From an uncultured Gemmatimonadales bacterium (GTDB taxonomy: Bacteria; Gemmatimonadota; Gemmatimonadetes; Gemmatimonadales; Gemmatimonadaceae), in NCBI GenBank assembly GCA_963851265.1, contig CAWKNZ010000007.1:96001-160000 (forward strand): 64,000 bases of DNA, in the 5' to 3' direction. Shown piece after piece: positions 48,152-56,465 of this stretch (position 1 is its first letter; every line of letters begins with the position of its first letter). The position numbers were made by a program, and so were the translations under genes. The notes below the pieces were generated by a model. That model saw only the letters and a list, made by a program, of their open reading frames with translations. It searched no databases and was not told the origin of the DNA.

Positions 48152-49276
48152 CGACACGGCCACCGCGTACGGGAACCCGACGCCGAGGGCCCGCACCTCG
48201 ACCGGGAACAGCTCCGCCTTCACGACCGCGTTGACCGCCGTGTAGCCGCTCACGACGAGGAGCGCGGCGACGAGCAGCACGAACGCCCGCCCCTCGCCGA
48301 CGCCGCGCGTGCCTAACGCACCGAGCAGCGGCACCGTCGCGAGCGCGCCGAGCACCCCGAACGCGACGAGCACCGGCCGCCGCCCCACGCGGTCGGACAG
48401 CGCGCCGACGGCCGGCTGCGCGACCGCGAAGGCGAGCAGCGACGCGGCCGACACGCGCGTGGCCGCGGCGGACGTCCACCCCGCGCTGTTGACGAGGAAC
48501 TTCTGCGCGTAGGTCGTGAACGTGTAGAAGGCGACCGTGCCCCCCGCGGTGAGCCCGACCACCGTGGCGACGGCGCGCGGATGTGCGGCCAGGGCGCGCA
48601 GCGACGCGCGCCCGGGTCCGGCCCCCGCGCGCACGAAATCCGGCGTCTCGTCGAGGCGGCCGCGCAGCAGGCGCACCGCGAGCGCGGCGAGCGCGCCTAA
48701 CACGAACGGCACGCGCCACCCCCAGGCGGCGAGTTGCGCGGGGGTGAGCGCGCGCTGCAGCACGAGCAGCGTGCCGAGCGCGAGCAGCTGCCCGGCGATG
48801 AGCGTGACGTACTGGAAGCTCGACCAGAAGCCGCGGTGGCGCGCGCCGGCCATCTCACTCAGGTACGTCGCGCTCGCGCCGTACTCGCCGCCCACGCTCA
48901 GGCCCTGCAGCAGCCGCGCGCCCACGAGCAGCGCGGGCGCTGCGAGCCCCGCCCGGGCGTAACTCGGCACGAGCGCGACCGCGAGCGACCCCGCGCCCAT
49001 GAGCAGCACCGAGCGCGTGAGCGCCGCGCGCCGCCCGCGCCGGTCGCCGTAGCGGCCCAGCAGCCAACCGCCGACCGGGCGCATGAAGAAGCCGACGGCG
49101 AACACGGCCGCCGCGTCGAGCAGGTGCGCCGTCTGACTCGCCGGCGGGAAGACGATCGGCGCGAAGTAGAGCGAGCACGCCGAGTACGCGTACCAGTCGT
49201 ACCACTCGACGAGATTCCCGGCCGAGCCGCCGAGGATGGAGCGAAGTCTGCGCACCGTGCCGCCGCTACCTTGCAT
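47981..49276 (-). CDS. MFS metabolite:H+ symporter (KgtP-like)
   Basis: GNLVEWYDW, FFMRPVGG, QGLSVGGEYG, SFQYVTL and KAELFP...RALGVG. Confidence 0.9.
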   Translation of the reverse strand: MQGSGGTVRRLRSILGGSAGNLVEWYDWYAYSACSLYFAPIVFPPASQTAHLLDAAAVFAVGFFMRPVGGWLLGRYGDRRGRRAALTRSVLLMGAGSLAVALVPSYARAGLAAPALLVGARLLQGLSVGGEYGASATYLSEMAGARHRGFWSSFQYVTLIAGQLLALGTLLVLQRALTPAQLAAWGWRVPFVLGALAALAVRLLRGRLDETPDFVRAGAGPGRASLRALAAHPRAVATVVGLTAGGTVAFYTFTTYAQKFLVNSAGWTSAAATRVSAASLLAFAVAQPAVGALSDRVGRRPVLVAFGVLGALATVPLLGALGTRGVGEGRAFVLLVAALLVVSGYTAVNAVVKAELFPVEVRALGVGFPYAVAVSLFGGTAEYLALWARKAGHERWYFWYVAACVAASLVVYLRMPETRDRGTLAGEPGAG

Positions 49277-49304
49277 GTCGTTCCGTCCCATGTCGTTCGT
49301 ACCC

Positions 49305-49874
49305 ATGCCGACTACCGCCGCAGACCGCCGCGCCGTGCCGCGCCCCGACCCGGGCCCGTTCGCGCGGGTCGTCGAGCGTAACATCCGCGCGCTGCTTCAG
49401 CGACGGAAGCAGGAAGACGAGCGCCGCCGCACGCAGGACCGCGTCGCCGACGTGATCACGCGGTTCACGGGGAGCATGCTGTTCGTGTACATCCACCTGG
49501 CCATGTACGGCGCGTGGATCGCGACCAACCTCGGCGTCGTGCCCGGGCTCGCGCGGCTCAAGGGCTTCGACAAGGGCTTCACCGTGCTCGCGATGGAGGC
49601 GAGCGTCGAGGCGATCTTCCTCAGCACCTTCGTGCTCATCTCGCAGAATCGGATGCAGGCGCTGTCCGACCAGCGCGCCGATCTGGACCTGCAGGTGTCG
49701 CTGCTCGCGGAGCACGAGGTCACCGAGCTGATCCGGCTCGTGCGCGGCATGGCGGCCAAGATGGAGATCGACGAGGCCCGCAACCCCGAACTCGACGAAC
49801 TCGCCACCGACGTGCAGCCCGAGACGGTGATGTCGCATATCGAGGCGGCGCAGGCGTTGAACGCGAGGCGCTGA
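49305..49874 (+). CDS. DUF1003-like membrane protein
   Basis: ADVITRFTGSM.F, SVEAIFLSTFVLISQNR and DLQVSLLAEHE. Confidence 0.8.
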   Translation: MPTTAADRRAVPRPDPGPFARVVERNIRALLQRRKQEDERRRTQDRVADVITRFTGSMLFVYIHLAMYGAWIATNLGVVPGLARLKGFDKGFTVLAMEASVEAIFLSTFVLISQNRMQALSDQRADLDLQVSLLAEHEVTELIRLVRGMAAKMEIDEARNPELDELATDVQPETVMSHIEAAQALNARR

Positions 49875-49922
49875 CACCAACCGCGCCCGGGGCACCGCGC
49901 GGGCGACGGGGTACCATGACGT

Positions 49923-50258
49923 ATGGAAAAGCTGCGCGTTCTACGCCCCACCGATCTCCGCCTCGACTGCGACGCATGCGGCGCGGCGTTCGACCTCATG
50001 ACCGGCGGCACGTGCGAGGAGTGCCGCCGCATCCTCTGCGCCCGGCACCTGCACGGGTCGTGGCTCATGCGCATGGTCCACGAGTTCAAGCGACCGGTCA
50101 CCTGCGTCGACTGCCGCGCGGGGCGCGAGGTGCCGCCGCCTCGCACCGGGGCGGGCGCGTCCGTCCCGCCAGGCGCGCAGTCGCGGCGCGCGGAACGACG
50201 CGCGGAACGACGCGCCGACCCCCGGACGCACGACGCCCCGGACCGCCAGGGGAGCTAA
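49923..50258 (+). CDS. Small Cys-rich putative zinc-finger protein
   Basis: Eight potential Zn ligands: CDAC...CEEC...CARH...CVDC. Confidence 0.65.
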   Translation: MEKLRVLRPTDLRLDCDACGAAFDLMTGGTCEECRRILCARHLHGSWLMRMVHEFKRPVTCVDCRAGREVPPPRTGAGASVPPGAQSRRAERRAERRADPRTHDAPDRQGS

Positions 50259-50342
50259 CGGGCCGGGGACGTCGCTTACTCGGGGTTCCGGACACGGGAG
50301 GTCCGGTGTAGTGATCACGCTACATAGTGGACCACAATTCCG

Positions 50343-51416
50343 CTATGCCGCGTCGATACGCACCGGGTACGTCCCCGTCTTCGTGGCGGCCTCGACCGCA
50401 GAACGCCGTCGCCCGCGCCGGCGGAGCGCACGCAGGGCCGTTCGCCCCGTCGCCACGCCGCCGAGCAGGACGTACGCGTAGAACGTGTACACGCGCCACC
50501 AGATGAGCGACGCGCCGAAGATGGCGGCGGGGATCGCACCCGCGAGCGTTGCCGCGAAGGCGGCCTCGACGACGCCGCCGCCGCCAGGCGCGGGCGCCAC
50601 GGCCGCGCCGTACGACAGGGCGAGCGGCCAGAGCAGGAGCGGCGCGATCGCGTTCCGCGCGAAGGGCACCGCCGGCCCGCCGGCGAGCGCGGTGCCGTAG
50701 ATCAGGCCCGGCAGGACCAGCACGCGGGCGACGATGTGCAGAATCGACGCGAACAGCGCGAGCGCCATCGTGCCGAGCCGCGCCCCGCGCACCGCATCCA
50801 CGCTCGAGCGCAGTTGGCGCACCGAGCGCTGGACGGTGCGCCAGCGCGCCGCGCCGAGCCAGGCGGCCCAGCGCGGCGGCGGCCCGGCGGCGTTCCGACG
50901 CGCGAGCAGCAGCCCCGCGCCGCCCACCCCGAGTACGAAAAAGGCGTAGCCGCCGACCAGGCCTTCGAGGCCCGCGAGCGCGCCGCCCGTCCCGCGGAGC
51001 GCCACCGCGAGTCCGACCGACACCACCGCGAGCGAGAGCATCTCGAGGAACAGTTCGGTGAACAGGATGAGCAGCCGCGCCGTCGCCGGCACGCGCGCCT
51101 CGGTCAGCACCAGGTAGCGCGCGGGCTCGGCGCCCGACCGCGCGGGGGTCACCGCCGCGCCGAAATCACCGCCGAGGCAGGTGCGCAGTGCCGTCCCGAA
51201 CCCGAGCGGAATGCGGAGCGCGCGCGCGGACAGCTGAATCTTCCACGCGCGCGAGAACAGCTCGAGCAGGAACGCCCCGCCGCCGAACGCGTGCGCGAGC
51301 AGCGGGAGGGCGACCGTGCCGCCCTCGGCCGGCCACGACGACCAGACGACGTAACCGGAGGCCGCGATCGCGGCGGCGAACGAGAGGGCGACGAGGAGCC
51401 AACGGGCGGGAGACAC
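50343..51416 (-). CDS. Lysylphosphatidylglycerol-synthase TM-domain / flippase-like membrane protein (UPF0104-like)
   Basis: Multi-TM; AVTPARSGAEP, PAPGGGGVVE and WRVYTFY. Confidence 0.75.
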   Translation of the reverse strand: MSPARWLLVALSFAAAIAASGYVVWSSWPAEGGTVALPLLAHAFGGGAFLLELFSRAWKIQLSARALRIPLGFGTALRTCLGGDFGAAVTPARSGAEPARYLVLTEARVPATARLLILFTELFLEMLSLAVVSVGLAVALRGTGGALAGLEGLVGGYAFFVLGVGGAGLLLARRNAAGPPPRWAAWLGAARWRTVQRSVRQLRSSVDAVRGARLGTMALALFASILHIVARVLVLPGLIYGTALAGGPAVPFARNAIAPLLLWPLALSYGAAVAPAPGGGGVVEAAFAATLAGAIPAAIFGASLIWWRVYTFYAYVLLGGVATGRTALRALRRRGRRRSAVEAATKTGTYPVRIDAA

Positions 51417-51443
51417 CCGGGCAGAACATAGCGCGCCGCGCGA

Positions 51444-54035
51444 TTAGTGCGCGGCCGCCGCGAGCGCGAGCGCGTGACCCGACGGGCGCCGCGCGAGCGC
51501 CGCCGGATACGGCACGCCCGGCCCCTTCACCGTGCGCCAGAGCACGCGGTTGAACGTCCCCTCGTCCGCCGCGTCCTCCACGTCCAGCGCGAGGCGGGAG
51601 CTCGCGCGCGCGTCCGCCGGCGTGGTGTTGGTCGCCGTGTTGCGCTCCTCGAGCGGGACGGCGGGCGTGAGCGCGGCATAGGGGCGAAAGTCCGGCGTCG
51701 CGGCCCAGACGTCGTGCAGCGGTCGCGCGAACGCGTCGAACTGGCTCATCCGCCCCAGATGCAGCGCCTCCTCGATGGTCGCGAGCACGTCGGTGGTGTT
51801 GGTCCAGCGGTGCACCGCGCCGGGCCGGCTCCAGGCCGAGATCGCGAGGAACGGGGCGCGGTGCGAATCGACGTGGTCGGGGCCGTTCTGGGCGTCGTCC
51901 TCGACGACGAACATCACGGTGTTGCGCCAGTAGGGCGAGCGCGAGAGCGCCTCGACCATGCGGCCTAACGCGAGGTCGTTGTCGGCGAGGTAGGCGCGCG
52001 GCGTGTGGCTGCCGCGGCGCGCGCCGGCGGTGTGGTCGTTGGACAAGCGCACGAGCTCGAGCGCGGGCATCTGCCCGTTGCGCGAGAACTCCTGCAGCTC
52101 CGCGATCCAGCGGTCGGCGCGGAACTGGTCGGGGATGTCGAGGTCGAACCCCGGCGAGAGCGTGTCGGTGTGCGTGAGGAGGAAGGCCTTGGTGCCGCGG
52201 TACCGGGCCGGGCGCGCGCCGGGCCCGGAGGGCGGCGCCGTGCCCTCGTCCGAGACCGCGCCCTCGGGCACGACGAACTCGCCGTAGTTGCGGAACGACG
52301 CGCCCGCCGCGCGCGCGAGGTCCCACAGGTACCCGCTCGCGGGCTCCGCGACGTCGTCCGTCGGGATGTCGCGCGTGGAGAAGCCGCGGTTGGTGCCCTC
52401 GAAATCGTAGCTCCGGCCGCGCCCCGAGTAGTTGATCGGCACGGTCTTCTGGACGTACTCGGTGGCGTACGCCGCGGTACTCCAGTTGTGCCCGTCCCCG
52501 CTCACCTCCGCGTTCACGAAGAACCGGTCGAAGATCCCGAACCGCTCGGCGAGGGCGTGGTGGTTGGGCGTGTTGGCGCGCGGGAAGAACGTGAGCGAGG
52601 TGTCGCCGTCGGCCTGCGCGAGGTCGCCGAGCAGCTGGTCGTAGGTGCGGTTCTCCTTGATCACGTAGACGACGTGTGCGAACGGCGGGATGCGACCCGC
52701 GAGCCCCGCCGCGCGGCCGCCGTCCCAGCCGTCGGCCCGCGTCACGCGCGCGCCTAACGCCGCCAGCCGGGCGGCGTCGCCGAGGGCGGAGAGGGGCAGC
52801 GCGGTCACCGTCCCGCCGATCTGGCTGAGCGTCGTGTTCGCGCCGCGCGAGCCCTGCTTGTCGAGCGACAACCGCGGCTGCGGGCCGTCGGGGTTGGGCG
52901 CCGTGCCGCGCCCCTTACCGTCGGCGGAGTAGACGGTGTCGCCGAGCACGGCGACGGCGGTGGGGTACCAGCCCACCGGTGCGCGCCCGAGCAGCGCGCC
53001 CGCGCCGTCGGCCGCCAGCGAGAACACGGCCACGGCGTTGTCGTCGCTCTCGCCCACGTACAGCCGCGACTCGTCCGCCGAGAGCGCGAGCGCGGCCGGT
53101 GTGCTCCCCTCACGGATCGCGCCAACAGCGGACGCGGGTGGCGCGTCGTCGAGCGTTGCCCGCGTCGCGAGCGTGCGCGTGTCGACCACGAGCACCCGGT
53201 CGGTGTTCGTCGAGGCGACGAACAGCCGCCGTCCCGCCCGGTCGAGGAGCAGCGACGACGGGTGCCGGGCGACGTGCACGTCCCGCACGCGTCCTAACGC
53301 GCCCGCCCCGTCCGGGTCGAACACGCTCAGCGTGGTCCCGCCCCACGCGCTCACGAACACCCGCCCCTCGGGCGTGACGGCAACGCCGTACGGGTAGCGC
53401 TCGGTCGGGAGCCGCTGGAGGACGCGTCCGCTCTCGACGTCCAACACCGCGAGCCCGTCGCCGAGGTTCTCCGCCACGTAGAGGCGGCGCCCGTCGGGCG
53501 AGAGCGCGAGCCCGGCCGGATAGCGCGTGCCGTTGGTGCGCGGCGTCCGCCGGGCCGCGAGGATCAGCGAGTCGACCCGCTCCAGCCGTCCGCCGGCCCA
53601 GCGGTAGCGATACACCACGTCGGCGTTGCCGCCCGACGTGTAGAGCGTGCGCGAGCCGTCCGCGTTCGGGGCGGGCGCCCAGGCGAGCCCGACGAACGCA
53701 CTCGCCTGCTCCACGGTCTGCCGCACGCGCCCGGTCGCGCGATCGAGCACCTGCACCCCTTCGCCGTTCCACCCGCACCCGAGGAGGACGAGCGCGTCGC
53801 CGTCGGGGGCGGGGAGCATCGTCAGCGGCATCGGCAGCACGTCGACCTGCCGCCCGGCGGGGTCGAGGTGCTGGCCGTTGGGCAGTCGCCGCGCGCCGGT
53901 GTCGAGCGACACGCCGCTGACGGCGCGAGCGGCGGTCGCGTCGGGGCGCGACGTGGCGGAGCAGCCCGCGCCGACGACGGCGGACGCGACGGTGAGCGCG
54001 GCCGCAGCGGCGCGCGCAGGCAGGGAAGGGCGCAT
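51444..54035 (-). CDS. Lipoprotein with YncE/YVTN beta-propeller and C-terminal phosphoesterase domain
   Basis: Lipobox GAG-C, ALSPDG propeller repeats, IKENRTYD, SGDGHNW and EDDAQNGPDHVDSHR. Confidence 0.88.
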   Translation of the reverse strand: MRPSLPARAAAAALTVASAVVGAGCSATSRPDATAARAVSGVSLDTGARRLPNGQHLDPAGRQVDVLPMPLTMLPAPDGDALVLLGCGWNGEGVQVLDRATGRVRQTVEQASAFVGLAWAPAPNADGSRTLYTSGGNADVVYRYRWAGGRLERVDSLILAARRTPRTNGTRYPAGLALSPDGRRLYVAENLGDGLAVLDVESGRVLQRLPTERYPYGVAVTPEGRVFVSAWGGTTLSVFDPDGAGALGRVRDVHVARHPSSLLLDRAGRRLFVASTNTDRVLVVDTRTLATRATLDDAPPASAVGAIREGSTPAALALSADESRLYVGESDDNAVAVFSLAADGAGALLGRAPVGWYPTAVAVLGDTVYSADGKGRGTAPNPDGPQPRLSLDKQGSRGANTTLSQIGGTVTALPLSALGDAARLAALGARVTRADGWDGGRAAGLAGRIPPFAHVVYVIKENRTYDQLLGDLAQADGDTSLTFFPRANTPNHHALAERFGIFDRFFVNAEVSGDGHNWSTAAYATEYVQKTVPINYSGRGRSYDFEGTNRGFSTRDIPTDDVAEPASGYLWDLARAAGASFRNYGEFVVPEGAVSDEGTAPPSGPGARPARYRGTKAFLLTHTDTLSPGFDLDIPDQFRADRWIAELQEFSRNGQMPALELVRLSNDHTAGARRGSHTPRAYLADNDLALGRMVEALSRSPYWRNTVMFVVEDDAQNGPDHVDSHRAPFLAISAWSRPGAVHRWTNTTDVLATIEEALHLGRMSQFDAFARPLHDVWAATPDFRPYAALTPAVPLEERNTATNTTPADARASSRLALDVEDAADEGTFNRVLWRTVKGPGVPYPAALARRPSGHALALAAAAH

Positions 54036-54133
54036 GCCGGCCAACGTAGCCCCGGGCCGGGTGCCGCGCGCCGACCGGCGCGCTCGCGCGTGTATCACCA
54101 CGGCAAAAGTGTGGGCGGAGGTAGTTTTTCCGG

Positions 54134-55171
54134 ATGACCACCGTCGACGTCGTGCCGGCCGCGCCCGTGCTCCCCTCCCTCGCCGCGATCGAGGCCGCGG
54201 CGTCCACGGTCTACGCAGCCATGCCCCCCACCCCGCAGTACCGCTGGCCGCTGCTCGAGCTGCGCACCGGCACCGAGACCTGGGTGAAGCATGAGAACCA
54301 CACGCCCGTGGGCGCGTTCAAGATCCGCGGATCGCTCGTGCACCTCGAACGACTGGCGCGCGAGACGCCGCGCGTCACGGGGGTCGTCACCGCCACGCGC
54401 GGCAACCACGGCCAGGGCGTGGGATTCGCGGCGCGCCGGCACGGCATCCCGGCCGCGGTCGTCGTCCCGCGCGGCAACGGGCGCGAAAAGAACGCCGCGA
54501 TGCGCGCGCTCGGCGTCGAGCTGCTCGAAATCGGCGACGACTTTCAGGCCGCCGTCGAGGCGGCCGACTCGATCGCCGCCGAGCGCGGGTGGTACCGCCT
54601 CCCGAGCTTCCACCCGGACCTCGTGACGGGGGTGGCCACCTACGCGCTCGAACTGTTCCGCGGCACCGCAGCGGCCGGAGCGCCGCTCGACACCGTGTAC
54701 GTTCCGATCGGTCTCGGGTCGGGGGCGTGTGCCGTGCTCGCCGCCCGCGCGGCGTTGGGCGCCGGCGCGGACGTGGTCGGCGTCGTGAGCGCGCACGCGC
54801 CGGCCTACGCGCGCGCGTTCGAGACGGGACGCGCCGAGTCGTACGCCGCGACGACCGTGCTCGCCGACGGGATGGCCTGCCGCACGCCCGTGCCCGACGC
54901 GGTCGCGATGCTCCGGGGCGAGCGGGGCGGGGCGGGGCTCACCCGCGTCGTCGAGGTCACCGACGCCGAGGTCGGCGACGCGATGCGGGCCCTGTTCACC
55001 GATACGCACAACGCCGCCGAGGGCGCCGGGGCGGCCTCGCTCGCCGGACTGCTGCAGGAGGTCGCGCGGGACCCCGGGCGCGTGCGGGGGCGGCGCGTCG
55101 CGGTCGTGCTGTGCGGGGCGAACGTCGACGCGTCGGTGTTCGCGGACGTGCTCACCCAGCGGTCGGCCTGA
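54134..55171 (+). CDS. Threonine/serine dehydratase-like PLP enzyme
   Basis: KHENHTPVGAFKIRG, TRGNHG, PIGLGSG, ADGMA, EGAGA and GANVD. Confidence 0.9.
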   Translation: MTTVDVVPAAPVLPSLAAIEAAASTVYAAMPPTPQYRWPLLELRTGTETWVKHENHTPVGAFKIRGSLVHLERLARETPRVTGVVTATRGNHGQGVGFAARRHGIPAAVVVPRGNGREKNAAMRALGVELLEIGDDFQAAVEAADSIAAERGWYRLPSFHPDLVTGVATYALELFRGTAAAGAPLDTVYVPIGLGSGACAVLAARAALGAGADVVGVVSAHAPAYARAFETGRAESYAATTVLADGMACRTPVPDAVAMLRGERGGAGLTRVVEVTDAEVGDAMRALFTDTHNAAEGAGAASLAGLLQEVARDPGRVRGRRVAVVLCGANVDASVFADVLTQRSA

Positions 55172-55202
55172 CGGGTCGCGCGCCGGCGTGGCACGGCCCG
55201 CG

Positions 55203-56465
55203 TCACGCCGGGCCGGTCGCCCGCTCCCGACGCGAACGGAGGGCGAGCACCGCCGCCGCGACCAGCGCCGGCACGGCGAACACGATCGCGGTCGCGCGCG
55301 GCCCGATCACGTTGCCCAGCGCCCCATCCGCCAGGCTTGCGATCGGCCGCGTCCCGAGAAACGCCACGCTCCACAACGCCATCACGCGCCCGCGCTCGGC
55401 GTCGCTCACGCCGAGCTGCAGCTCGGTGGTCGCGCGCGTCTGCGCCAGCAGGTAGCCGAACCCGGCCAGCGGGAGTGCGGCGAACGCGAACCCCAACCGC
55501 GGCGCGAGCGCGAAGCCGACGAGCCCGGCGCCGAAGCAGAGCAGCGCGACGGGGACGGTGCGTGATGGTGGCCGCGGCCCCGTGCCGCCCGTCCCGCCGG
55601 CGGGCATGAGCGACGCCACGACCGCGCCCACGCCGAACGCCCCGATCAGGACACCGGCGAACGTGTCGGGGCGCCCGAACAGCCGCGTCGCGAAGGCCGG
55701 CGTGAGCGTGTTCACCGGGTCGAGCGACACCGACACCGCGGCGATGGTGAGGAGGAGCGCCACGAGCCGCGGCTCGCCGCGCACGCGCCGCAGGCTGTCG
55801 CGCAGCGTCGGGCGCGGCCCCTTCGCCGCGGCCGGCGGCGTCGCGGCGCGCACCGCGACCACCGCGCCCGCCAGCGCGAGAAACGACAGCGCGTTGAGCC
55901 CGATCGCCCACGGGATCCCGAACCGCGCGACCACCGCCGCGCCGGCGACGGGCCCCACGGCGCGCGCGAGGTTGAACGTCACCGAGTTCATCGCGATCGC
56001 CGCGCCGAGATCCTCGCGCGGAACGAGCGCCGGCACGACCGCCTGCAGTGCGGGAGTGGCGAACGCGGTCGTCAGCCCCAGGAGCAGGGCGAGCCCCAGC
56101 ACCACGGCGAGCGAGCCGTGCCCCGCCGCGACCGCGAGGGCGAGCGCGGCGCTCGTCGCCGTGGCGACGAGCTGCGTGACGAGGATGAGCCGCCGGCGGT
56201 CGAACCGGTCCGCCGCGGCGCCCGCCCACGGCGCGAGCAGCAGCACCCCGGCGAACTGTGCGAAGTTGACCGCCCCCACCCAGAACGACGAGTGCGTGAG
56301 GCGGAAGACGAACAGGGCGAGCGCGATGTTCTGGAACCACGTGCCGCAGTTCGACAGCACGTTGCCGCCGAAGAAGAGCCCGAAATCCCGGTGCCGGAAG
56401 GCGCGGAGTGCGGAGCCGCGCCCTCCCGACGCGGGCTCCGCGGCCGGACGGGCCCCTGCCGTCAG
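55203..56465 (-). CDS. MFS transporter (probable CTG start at 56465; first canonical start GTG at 56360)
   Basis: AFRHRDFGLFF...GTWFQ, AADRFDRR, NLARAVGP and RGRVMALW. Confidence 0.85.
   Translation of the reverse strand: MTAGARPAAEPASGGRGSALRAFRHRDFGLFFGGNVLSNCGTWFQNIALALFVFRLTHSSFWVGAVNFAQFAGVLLLAPWAGAAADRFDRRRLILVTQLVATATSAALALAVAAGHGSLAVVLGLALLLGLTTAFATPALQAVVPALVPREDLGAAIAMNSVTFNLARAVGPVAGAAVVARFGIPWAIGLNALSFLALAGAVVAVRAATPPAAAKGPRPTLRDSLRRVRGEPRLVALLLTIAAVSVSLDPVNTLTPAFATRLFGRPDTFAGVLIGAFGVGAVVASLMPAGGTGGTGPRPPSRTVPVALLCFGAGLVGFALAPRLGFAFAALPLAGFGYLLAQTRATTELQLGVSDAERGRVMALWSVAFLGTRPIASLADGALGNVIGPRATAIVFAVPALVAAAVLALRSRRERATGPA

Noticed and set aside
50280..50340. AT-richer stretch with short inverted repeats resembling an operator (TGTAGTGATCACGCTACATAGTGG)
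   Set aside because: It lies between convergent 3' ends with no downstream gene start, and the match to any known box is weak.
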